Positions 10,037 to 18,195 of a stretch of 64,000 nucleotides of DNA are shown in pieces (position 1 is the stretch's first letter; each line of letters begins with the position of its first letter). Location of the stretch: positions 448,001 to 512,000 of the forward strand of contig CP169074.1 in NCBI GenBank assembly GCA_041891055.1, read 5' to 3'. The notes beneath the pieces were generated by a model that saw nothing but the letters and a program-made list of their open reading frames with translations, was not told where the DNA came from and ran no database searches. The position numbers were made by a program, and so were the translations under genes. The DNA comes from Halorutilales archaeon Cl-col2-1. GTDB taxonomy: Archaea > Halobacteriota > Halobacteria > Halobacteriales > Afararchaeaceae.

Positions 10037-10922
10037 TAGGGAAGACGTCTCGTCTTCTGGCGAGACATACGTGATAGTCGAAGACGAACTCGAAGCCGAG
10101 AATAAGACGGAAGCCGAGGTCGTCAGACCCGGCGAGGCGTCGGTCTCGCCCCTCGACAGAGGCTTCCTGTACGGTGACGCAGTCTTCGAGACGTTACGGT
10201 GTTACGGATCGAGTCCCGCGTTTCTCGGCAGACACACCCAGCGTCTCAACTCGGCTCTCGACGAAGTCGGAATACCCGCGTCATTCACTGTTGATGACCT
10301 CGAATCACGTATACGGCGGCTTCTCGATAGAATACACGACGACGCGGGCTACGAGATAGACGCTTACGTCCGTGTTTCGGTCACTAGGGGCGAGAGACGC
10401 GGGCTCCTGTCCCCCACCGAGAAGTCTCCGACACTCGTCGCCGTAGCCAAGGCGTTAGACGGATCTAGGAGGTATCCGCCCGCAGACGTCGAGGTGGTCG
10501 AAGAGACGAGACCCGATGGAGCCATGGGAAGTCTCAAGACACATAACTACCTGCCGAATATACTCGCGAAGTCGGAGACTGAGACTGACGAGGCTCTGAT
10601 GCTCGACGGATCGGGATGTGTAGCCTCGGGCGCGGTCTCGAACGTCTTCTTCTTCGACTCCGACGGCGTCCTCGTGACCCCCGGGACACGTATACGTAAA
10701 GGTGTCACGCGTGAGGTCGTCTTGGAGACAGCCGAAAGTCTCGGGATCGAGGTCAGAGAGAAGAATCCAAGACGTGACGCAGTCGACGAATATGTCTCGG
10801 GCTTCCTCACTAACTCGACCTGGGGCGTGCGGCGTATATCGAGCATCGACGGACGCCGACTCGGAGACTCTGAGAAAGTAGAGGCACTTGCCGACGAGTA
10901 TATCAAACGAGCGACTTTGTGA
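10026..10922 (+). CDS. pabC: Aminodeoxychorismate lyase / aminotransferase class IV
   Basis: DRGFLYGDAVFET, LKTHNY, GVTR; operon context. Confidence 0.8.
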   Translation: MSGNREDVSSSGETYVIVEDELEAENKTEAEVVRPGEASVSPLDRGFLYGDAVFETLRCYGSSPAFLGRHTQRLNSALDEVGIPASFTVDDLESRIRRLLDRIHDDAGYEIDAYVRVSVTRGERRGLLSPTEKSPTLVAVAKALDGSRRYPPADVEVVEETRPDGAMGSLKTHNYLPNILAKSETETDEALMLDGSGCVASGAVSNVFFFDSDGVLVTPGTRIRKGVTREVVLETAESLGIEVREKNPRRDAVDEYVSGFLTNSTWGVRRISSIDGRRLGDSEKVEALADEYIKRATL

Positions 10923-10937
10923 TACTTCGTGCGGTGC

Positions 10938-11978
10938 TCAAGGCTTCACGAGAACCTTGATCGCCTCGCGGTCGTCCATCGCACGGTAGCCCTCAGCGAT
11001 CTCGTCGAGACTCACCGTCTTCGTGAATACCGGTGATGGATCGAGAGTACCCTGTAAGACGTCTTCCATGAGATCGTCGATGTACCCCCGGACGGGAGCG
11101 ACGCCTCCACGTAACTCGACGTTCTTCCGGAAGAAAGAGAAGAGATCCATGCCTCCCTCTTCGACGCCGTATGGGACTCCGACGTATCCGACAGTACCTC
11201 CAGGTCTACACACCTCGACAGCGGTCTCCATCGAAGACGCCGCACCTACACATTCGAGTACGTGGTTGGCACCGCCGTATGTGAGTTCACGTACGCGTTC
11301 GATGGCTTCCTCACCCCTCTCCGAGACTGTCTGGGTCGCTCCGAACTCCTCGGCGACTTCGAGCCTGTCGTCGTGGTGTCCCACCGCAATTACACGTTCG
11401 GCTCCGAGACGGCTTGCGGCTAGGACTCCACAGAGACCAACCGCTCCGTCCCCTATAACTACACACGTGTCGCCCTCTCCGACGCGGGCACTCTTCGCGG
11501 CGTGGTGTCCCGTACCCATGACGTCGGTGAGGGGAAGAAGGGCTTCGAGTGTGTCGTCGTCGGCGGCGTGTCTGTCAGGTATTCTCACGAGAGTTCCGTC
11601 GGCGTAGGGACACCGGACGTACTCTCCCTGTGCCCCGCCGTTTTCGTCGTCCCACGACTCGGATTTAACGCACGACGTGTAGAGACCCTTCCTGCAGAAC
11701 TCACAGTCTCCACAGCTTATAGAGAAGGGTGCCAGGACGCGGTCTCCGGGCTCGACAGACGTGACGTCGTCGCCGACCTCCTCGACTATCCCCATCGGCT
11801 CGTGACCAACGCGTGAACCCGGCTCCTGATCCTTCTCGCCGCGGTAGAACCAGAGGTCAGAGCCACAGATCGCAGTGTGTGTGATACGTACCACGGCGTC
11901 GTTCGGGCTGTCGACCTCCGGCTTCGGAACCTCCTCGACTGATATATCTCCGGGCGAGTTATAGACTGCGGCTCTCAT
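10938..11978 (-). CDS. Zinc-dependent alcohol dehydrogenase family protein
   Basis: Start MRAAVY; ICGSD, GHE, CGDCEFC, GDGAVG. Confidence 0.9.
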   Translation of the reverse strand: MRAAVYNSPGDISVEEVPKPEVDSPNDAVVRITHTAICGSDLWFYRGEKDQEPGSRVGHEPMGIVEEVGDDVTSVEPGDRVLAPFSISCGDCEFCRKGLYTSCVKSESWDDENGGAQGEYVRCPYADGTLVRIPDRHAADDDTLEALLPLTDVMGTGHHAAKSARVGEGDTCVVIGDGAVGLCGVLAASRLGAERVIAVGHHDDRLEVAEEFGATQTVSERGEEAIERVRELTYGGANHVLECVGAASSMETAVEVCRPGGTVGYVGVPYGVEEGGMDLFSFFRKNVELRGGVAPVRGYIDDLMEDVLQGTLDPSPVFTKTVSLDEIAEGYRAMDDREAIKVLVKP

Positions 11979-12080
11979 ATACGTATATCCTCGTCGGGGC
12001 TGTAAAAGCCTTCCACTGCGTTCTCGCCTATACATATAGGCTCCGTCTTTTTCGGAGTCGAGGGAGTACTTAGACACGAG

Positions 12081-12632
12081 ATGAACCGAGTAAACGGACT
12101 CCCGACTCAGAAGCTGGAGAGCCTCCTCGAAGACGTCAACCAGAACCCCGAAGCCGCGTCGTTCACCTTCCGATCCGAGACCGAGTGGACGGGCGGGTTT
12201 TCGAGCGTAACGAGGATATCCGACTTCGATCACAACGGCGAGACGGTCGAATCCCCCGAGTTCGAGATCGTCGGCGACGAGCCAGAGGCACTTCTCGGAG
12301 AACGCGAGGGGCCTAACGCAGTAGAGCTACTCCTTGGCGCGGTTGGGTCGTGTCTCAGCGTCACCTACTCGGGACACGCAGCCGCGAAAGGCATCGAGAT
12401 AGAAGATATGGAGTTCGAGTTCGAGGGCGAGTTAGACCTCCGCGGATTCCTCGGAATCGGTGACGTCAGACCCGGCTACGACGAGATAAGCTGTAGACTG
12501 AGTATAGAGACCGAAGCCTCCGAAGAAGAGATCGAGGATCTCCACGAGGAGGTCAAACAGACCTCGCCACTCTACGACAACGTCACTAACGAGGTCAGCC
12601 TCGACATCTCTCTTGCAACTGATACATATTGA
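12081..12632 (+). CDS. OsmC-family protein (one Cys)
   Basis: DEP..L.G...GPNAVELLLGAVGSCL, DLRGFLG, TSPLYD. Confidence 0.85.
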   Translation: MNRVNGLPTQKLESLLEDVNQNPEAASFTFRSETEWTGGFSSVTRISDFDHNGETVESPEFEIVGDEPEALLGEREGPNAVELLLGAVGSCLSVTYSGHAAAKGIEIEDMEFEFEGELDLRGFLGIGDVRPGYDEISCRLSIETEASEEEIEDLHEEVKQTSPLYDNVTNEVSLDISLATDTY

Positions 12633-12642
12633 TACTGACACA

Positions 12643-12816
12643 ATGATATGTGAAAGCTGTGTCTACTATCCGCCCAACCTCCAGAGAGCCGACTACTCCG
12701 ACGAAGAGTGGGAGGAGCTTCAGTCAGTCGACTGTTCGGTAGGAGCCGAGCCCGGGGACGAAGTATGTGACGAGTTCCGGACTGACTCTTGTGACTTGGT
12801 CAGCCTCCGAGAATAG
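12643..12816 (+). CDS. Small acidic Cys-rich protein (57 aa)
   Basis: ATG 10 nt after the OsmC stop; MICESC...DC...VC...SC; acidic composition. Confidence 0.65.
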   Translation: MICESCVYYPPNLQRADYSDEEWEELQSVDCSVGAEPGDEVCDEFRTDSCDLVSLRE

Positions 12817-14080
12817 ACGAGAGTATCTCGCTCTCGGCTTCACGTATGTGTTCTGAGAAGGTGGGCTGAGAGATCCCGAGCATATCGGCGACCTCGTCGG
12901 AGGTCTTACGTCTCGGATACTCGAAGTATCCGCTGAGATAAGCCGTCTCCAGGACTTCCGTCTGTCTCCTCGTCAGACCGTCAGTCGGTGAGGACACGAC
13001 ACGTCTGTCTCCGGATACGTCTCCGTCTGTGTCTTCACCCACGATCCCGCGTCCTCTGGGTCTTCTCGCGGGATCACGTCTTGCTAGTATCTCCACTCCT
13101 TCGTACTCCGACTCTAACGACTCCATTAGACCCGACACGTCAGACTCGGGCGGAAGACGGGCTACTACTGTTCCCTCGCCGTCGTCAGCGGCTGCCGTCT
13201 CAAGCTTGCCCCCGTACTCGGCTATGACTGCGGCTATACACGGCTTCGAGGTGACTACAGCCCATCTACATCTACTCTCGGTCGCGGTGTCATCCGGGAC
13301 GGCTATCCTCGCGTACTCGTCAATCTTCCCGAACCCCTCCGCTATCTCACGTATCTCAGAGTCGGCGGTACCGTCTACCTCTACTGTGAGTATCTGGAGG
13401 AATCTACCGTCAGGACGTTGTACCATGCTTTCGATCTCGACAGTCGAAGACAGCTCTTCCGAGACATAGACAGAGAAGAGACGTGAGTCCGAGACACCGA
13501 ACTCAAGCTCGACGTATCTGTCTGACAGGAGGCTCTTTCTCGTCTCGGCGGAGCTTATAGTGAATCCTACGAGGTCGCTCAGGCTCTCAAAGGTCTGTAC
13601 CTCGTCGTCGCCGAAACGTCTCTCGGAAACCACACCGAGGACACCGTAGGGAACGTCCTCGAAACTTATCGGAACTGTGGCTATGTACTCAGTCTCGGCG
13701 TCGGTACCCGTGTCTGTGTCGTCGGTATCTGTATCTGTGTCTGTGTCTGGCGTACCGCGGCTCTCGACGACTCGTCTCTCACGTCTCCCGGCGGATTCGA
13801 GGACGGCTTCCTTCTCTGTGTCTGATAGGAACTCTCTTGGATCTGTCTCCCCTTCGACGCCGTACTCACGTAAGACGACCTCGTTCCGATTTTTCACCTC
13901 AGAAACCCAGGCTCGTGTGTACGTCGCTGTCGAGGTAAGAGTTTCACAGACTGCTTCCTCTATGCCCTCACGTGTCCTCCTCTCAAGTATCTCGTCGGAA
14001 CTCTCACGGAGTATGTCTGTCACTACATACTGTAGTAGTCTCGTGACGAAATACGTTCCCACTCCTTCTCGGATAGACAA
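12800..14080 (-). CDS. Bacterio-opsin activator-like regulator (GAF + BAT + HTH_10); start uncertain
   Basis: LTRRQTEVLETAYLSGYFEYPR...FSEHIREAE C-terminal HTH. Confidence 0.9.
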   Translation of the reverse strand: MSIREGVGTYFVTRLLQYVVTDILRESSDEILERRTREGIEEAVCETLTSTATYTRAWVSEVKNRNEVVLREYGVEGETDPREFLSDTEKEAVLESAGRRERRVVESRGTPDTDTDTDTDDTDTGTDAETEYIATVPISFEDVPYGVLGVVSERRFGDDEVQTFESLSDLVGFTISSAETRKSLLSDRYVELEFGVSDSRLFSVYVSEELSSTVEIESMVQRPDGRFLQILTVEVDGTADSEIREIAEGFGKIDEYARIAVPDDTATESRCRWAVVTSKPCIAAVIAEYGGKLETAAADDGEGTVVARLPPESDVSGLMESLESEYEGVEILARRDPARRPRGRGIVGEDTDGDVSGDRRVVSSPTDGLTRRQTEVLETAYLSGYFEYPRRKTSDEVADMLGISQPTFSEHIREAESEILSSILGG

Positions 14081-14085
14081 GATAC

Positions 14086-14535
14086 TTGAGAGTTCGGAAG
14101 ATACTCACGGACGTGTTAGACTTAGCCTCTATATTGGGGTTCCTCAAGGACTCGTCCTCTGAGTCGAGGGACTACTACTCACCCCACTCGTCGGAGGTGT
14201 TGAACGAGGCGACCGAGGGTCTAGACATATCCACATCCGAGGCTGACAGACTCCTACAGAAGTTCGAGGAGGCAGTTCTGACGGAATCCGTACTGTCGGA
14301 TCTCAGAGACAGGGCAGCCGGAGACGGTGGCTCTTCGGGGTTTATCTACATCGCAGACGAGAGTCAGAGGTATCTCGTAATCGGGGGTGCCTCACGTCTC
14401 TACGACGGTCTCTCAGAGGAGGTGCTGTCAGAGGATGACGTCGAGGTTATACGGCGGATCTACGACGTCGCTGCGTCGAAGAACGGAGATAGCGAGGACA
14501 TAGCCCTTGAGGACGTAATCTTCGTGGAGAAGTAG
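14086..14535 (+). CDS. Hypothetical acidic protein (start may be GTG 14113)
   Basis: Acidic ORF divergent from the Bat-like regulator. Confidence 0.55.
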   Translation: MRVRKILTDVLDLASILGFLKDSSSESRDYYSPHSSEVLNEATEGLDISTSEADRLLQKFEEAVLTESVLSDLRDRAAGDGGSSGFIYIADESQRYLVIGGASRLYDGLSEEVLSEDDVEVIRRIYDVAASKNGDSEDIALEDVIFVEK

Positions 14536-14820
14536 TTCACTTTGTCCATATACGGTAATATTTCCATGACTCCTAAACTTTTACATATATTCCACATCCT
14601 ACGGAAGATTTAATATTTACTGGAGATATGACTTATCAGATGTCGAAATCCGACACCACGTCTGAGAGGATAGGAGTTCTGACAGAGGAGATCCAAGGCT
14701 TCCTGTCTGTGATCTCAGCCGAGCCCGGATTACACAGAACCGACCCCGTAACCACAGTCGGGGACGCAGTCTCGGAGACATGTCCTCGTCTCAGTCGGTT
14801 CTTCTTTCTCTTTTTAGTCT

Positions 14821-15795
14821 TCAGACGACGTCGTCGAACGACCTCCACAGACGTATCTCGAAGACTGTGCCCTCGGGATAGCTGTCCCTGACCCGTATGT
14901 CACCCCTGTACTCCTCCACCAGCTTGTCGGCGAAGAAGAGAGAGATTCCCTCTCCGTGCCGAAGGTCGTCCTTTTCCTCGTGTCCGAAGACGAGACTCCT
15001 GTCTTCCTCGGGAATACCCGGACCGTTGTCCTCTACTGAGACAGTCACACTGAGCCGGTTTCTCTCGACGTCTATCTCAAGACGCGGCTCGTCTTTGTCG
15101 TTGTGTACGACTCCGTTCTCAGCCACGGCTCGGATGACTGATCTCAGATCTTCGTCAGCCACGACTTTCAGACTGTCTGTCCCGTCGAGTCCGAGACGTA
15201 TATCGGCTTCGTCGAACCTCTCCCTGAGCCTCTCGACCTCTTCTTCGAGTATTCTGTCGAGACTAACCGAGTGAAGCCGTCGGCTTTCTGCGAGTATGCT
15301 TTCGAGACGACGGGCTTTACTCGCAGTCCTGTCCATCCTCTCGATCTCCCTCTCCGACTTAGCTAGGTGATCCCGAACCCGGGAGTAGTCTCCGTTCTCG
15401 ATCTTGGTCTCTACGAGGTCTATCTGTCCCTTGATTACCGTAAGGCTGTTTCTGAGATCGTGTCTCATCACCCTGTCGAGGACGTCCTTGCCTTCCTTTA
15501 TCTTCTTCTCCTCGTTTATGACTCCGAGTGCGAAGTAGGCTGAGAATCCGGCAATCAGGTTAGTAGCCGTCTCTACAGCCTCGAACTTCGAGACTATCAC
15601 TGCGTCCCCCGTCTGTATGAATGAGACCGTCTCAACTGACTGGTGTATAGCCATCGACCAGAGTAGTAAGACTACAGTCAAGGGCTTCCAGCTTCTCAGC
15701 CTGTTTGTCCTGAGTATTACGTGTGATATAGTGAGGAACAGAAACACCATCGGAAACACGCTGTACAGATATATCTCCCATGTCCCATCAAACAT
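14821..15795 (-). CDS. Membrane sensor histidine kinase (3 TM)
   Basis: RHDLRN H-box, ENGVVHN, DNGPGIP, HGEG. Confidence 0.9.
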   Translation of the reverse strand: MFDGTWEIYLYSVFPMVFLFLTISHVILRTNRLRSWKPLTVVLLLWSMAIHQSVETVSFIQTGDAVIVSKFEAVETATNLIAGFSAYFALGVINEEKKIKEGKDVLDRVMRHDLRNSLTVIKGQIDLVETKIENGDYSRVRDHLAKSEREIERMDRTASKARRLESILAESRRLHSVSLDRILEEEVERLRERFDEADIRLGLDGTDSLKVVADEDLRSVIRAVAENGVVHNDKDEPRLEIDVERNRLSVTVSVEDNGPGIPEEDRSLVFGHEEKDDLRHGEGISLFFADKLVEEYRGDIRVRDSYPEGTVFEIRLWRSFDDVV

Positions 15796-15944
15796 ATCCA
15801 GTTCGAGTACACCAACCGTTTTAGATATAATAAGGCTGTTGGTGAGTTGCGGGTGTACGTAAGAGTCAACGGCTCAGCCGAGTTCAGCTTCGGTCCTCAC
15901 GTCTTCAAGGTGCCTTTCGAGACGACTACTCAGAAGAGACTGAC

Positions 15945-16457
15945 TCAGTTTAGAACCCAGAACCGGTAGTTGAGATACGTCGCGAACGAGACCCAGAGGA
16001 GATACGGGAGAAGAGCTACACCGGCGCGTCGGCTCACACGGCTGAACGACCACACAGTAGCCAGGACAAGCAGCCAGAGAACTACTATAGTCAACAGACC
16101 GAGACCTATCCTCCTCATCCCGAAGAAGACAGCCGACCAGCCGATGTTGAAGACGAAATGGAAGGCGAATATACCCGCAGCGAGACGTACCTCAGTTGGC
16201 GACTCCTCGGCTTGACGCCAGACGAGCCAGACCGCAACCCCCATGAGACCGAACAGGAGAGTCCACACGAGACCGAATACCCATCCCGGCGGCAGTATAC
16301 TCGGCTGTCGGAGTGTCTCGTACCATCCGTCGAGTCCGCGTGCGGTGAAGACTGACCCGGATGCACCGACAGCCTCGACACACAGAATACTGAGGACGAG
16401 AGTAGCCAGCGGGCTTTCTCTCGGCAGTCTCCGAAGACGGCTTCTGAGGGATGCCAT
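15945..16457 (-). CDS. tspO: TspO/MBR family tryptophan-rich sensory protein
   Basis: WYETL..P...PPGWVFGLVW, WSAVFFG, PYLLWVSFATYLN; start MASLR. Confidence 0.92.
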   Translation of the reverse strand: MASLRSRLRRLPRESPLATLVLSILCVEAVGASGSVFTARGLDGWYETLRQPSILPPGWVFGLVWTLLFGLMGVAVWLVWRQAEESPTEVRLAAGIFAFHFVFNIGWSAVFFGMRRIGLGLLTIVVLWLLVLATVWSFSRVSRRAGVALLPYLLWVSFATYLNYRFWVLN

Positions 16458-16565
16458 GTAGTTAGAGACACGAGTCCACAGCCTCTTTGACATCCTCCCG
16501 CGCCTAAAGTCGCGGGAATCCCACCTTGGGATATTAGGGTTTGTAGTCTACCTGTTCTTGTGGCA

Positions 16566-16612
16566 TCACCAAATCTACGATTTGGTTAGCCTCCAGATAC
16601 CGCATCTGGAGA
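16566..16612 (+). repeat. Twin-hairpin micro-insert 1 (CA duplication)
   Basis: ACCAAATC-TAC-GATTTGGT, TAGC, CTCCAGAT-ACCGC-ATCTGGAG; removal restores the TnpB tail. Confidence 0.8.
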
Positions 16613-17881
16613 CACTATTCCAGCCGTAGTATCGAACAGATAGACTCCGGGCTGTGCCAAACAGCCGTTACTCATATCCTCCGAGGGAGGACTCTGAGTT
16701 ATCTCTGAACTTCGTTCAGAGGTTAACGAAGCTTTGCTTCGTGATATCTTTCTGCGTATGTTCACCGCACCGTTCACGTCTGCGTTCATCACCGTATCAC
16801 ACGAACTACAGACGTATAGACCACGCTCTACACGGTTGCTGTCGTCTATCTTACCACAACAACAACAGGTCTTTGACGTATTTTCCTCGTCCACTCGGTC
16901 TACCAAGATACCGTACTCTTCGGCTTTGTACTCAAGCAGACGGGTGAAACGGTTGAACTCCCAACCGTGTAACTTCTTGTTACCTGACTTACCCCAGCTA
17001 CGACTCTCTCTGTCTTCGTCCTCTCGTATATCGCTCAAGTCACCTACCGCGATAGTTCCGACACCTTTCTCTACACATCGCTCTACGATGTGGCGAGACA
17101 ACGTGTGAAGGAAGTGGTCTTTCCTACGAGAGAGCTTACGACGCGCGCGTAACGCTCTTTTTGAAGGTCCGTCTTCACCTTCCGTCTGGTACTCTTCCCG
17201 CGTGAAGTAGTGTTTGTCCTGCTTGAGCCGGTTGCCGGGGTAGAGTTCTGCGTCACCGTCTTCGTAGGCTATAGCGACGTAGTTTTTTATTCCGAGGTCG
17301 ATACCCGCTACGTCGTCACCGGGAGCTTCTTCAACGGGAATTTCTTTCTTACAGACGATATGGACTTCCCATCTGTCTCCGTTCCACACCGCTCGTACTT
17401 GCTGTACGTTCTCGACTTCTACGTCTGGACGAGTCTCGTACTCCACGAGGATGTAGTCGCTACGACTCCCTTTTAGGTTCCAGCCTTTGGAGAGTCGTAG
17501 ACGGTTGTACTCGTCGTCGTGCTTGATGCCGCGTTTCTTCCATGTAACGGTAGAGCGTGGGTGGTCGTCGCCACGTTTTCTGTAGCCAGGGGGATTGTTT
17601 TCGTTGTCGGAGTTGTACCAACCGTTGAACGCCTCAGAAAGCTCTTCAAGAACTCTCTGACTGGACTGACTATGTAAGTCCTTGTAGCGTTCGTGGTCTT
17701 TCAACTCCGACTTGAGTTCGCTTTCGTCAGGTATCTCACCGTCTTCGTCCCAGCGTTCTTGGATGTAGTGGCGACCAACGTTCCATAGTTTCGAGGCGGA
17801 AAACCCGCACTTGTCGAGGTCGTCTTTGACCTGACTATGATTGGCTATCTTGCCAACATAGGTGCGGGTTGTTTCCAACAC
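16586..17881 (-). CDS. tnpB: RNA-guided endonuclease TnpB (C-terminus altered by an insertion)
   Basis: GIDLG, VGDL, EYKA, TSKTCCCC...CSSC, NADVNGAVNI; GTG start at VLETTRTY. Confidence 0.93.
   Translation of the reverse strand: MLETTRTYVGKIANHSQVKDDLDKCGFSASKLWNVGRHYIQERWDEDGEIPDESELKSELKDHERYKDLHSQSSQRVLEELSEAFNGWYNSDNENNPPGYRKRGDDHPRSTVTWKKRGIKHDDEYNRLRLSKGWNLKGSRSDYILVEYETRPDVEVENVQQVRAVWNGDRWEVHIVCKKEIPVEEAPGDDVAGIDLGIKNYVAIAYEDGDAELYPGNRLKQDKHYFTREEYQTEGEDGPSKRALRARRKLSRRKDHFLHTLSRHIVERCVEKGVGTIAVGDLSDIREDEDRESRSWGKSGNKKLHGWEFNRFTRLLEYKAEEYGILVDRVDEENTSKTCCCCGKIDDSNRVERGLYVCSSCDTVMNADVNGAVNIRRKISRSKASLTSERSSEITQSPPSEDMSNGCLAQPGVYLFDTTAGIVSPDAVSGG
16702..16744 (-). repeat. Twin-hairpin micro-insert 2 (TA duplication, in frame)
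   Basis: Minus strand: ACGAAGC-AAA-GCTTCGT, TAAC, CTCTGAAC-GAA-GTTCAGAG. Confidence 0.8.
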
Positions 17882-17978
17882 ATAATCGGTTATGTACCGT
17901 TCTATATTAAAGGAAACGAATATCCAAAACAGTCTGCACTTCATGGTTAGCTGAGTAGTTCGACGGATTCATCACCCG

Positions 17979-18027
17979 TCATCAGACGCGGAGCGTCTGA
18001 TTGGCTCGTAAATCTTCGATTTACGAA
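17979..18027 (+). repeat. Twin-hairpin micro-insert 3 (CG duplication)
   Basis: ATCAGACGC-GGA-GCGTCTGAT, TGGC, TCGTAAATC-TTC-GATTTACGA; splits the IS left-end stem. Confidence 0.85.
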
Positions 18028-18195
18028 CGCCTAAAGGCGGGTGTATTCTCCTGTACTATCTATAAACTGACGCCGCCGAACCGATCTATCTCATTTCTAA
18101 ACTGAGTTCTACCTCAGTCATACTCCAGTGTTTGAAGACCCCGCTTGGAGATAGCCTGCACAAATGCTTTAAATAGGTGATCTGTAGTCGGTTCC

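Larger units (their letters stand above)
16467..16750 (-). ncRNA. Putative TnpB omega/reRNA scaffold plus guide (5' boundary approximate)
   Basis: Established: the reRNA overlaps the tnpB 3' end and right end, and the guide follows TCAA (here AGAGGCTGTGGACTCGTGTC). Confidence 0.6.
16487..18061 (-). mobile_element. IS200/IS605-family IS1341-type element (tnpB only, no tnpA)
   Basis: Right end ...GGAGGATGTCAA on minus strand with hairpin at 16497-16516; left-end hairpin CACCCG/CC-TAAA-GGCGGGTG (17973-18043, interrupted); TTTAT just outside the left end. Confidence 0.88.

Noticed and set aside
12630-12632. TGA at the end of OsmC as possible selenocysteine read-through
   Set aside because: It follows a complete domain at a non-catalytic position, and Halobacteria are not known to use Sec.
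14628-14891. 87-aa + strand ORF
   Set aside because: It runs through a poly-T tract into the kinase gene antisense and has no motif.
17030-17060. TnpB inactivated because RuvC II reads VGDL rather than xEDL
   Set aside because: This variant is, to my knowledge, common in haloarchaeal TnpB, and both catalytic Asp motifs are intact; inactivity cannot be inferred.
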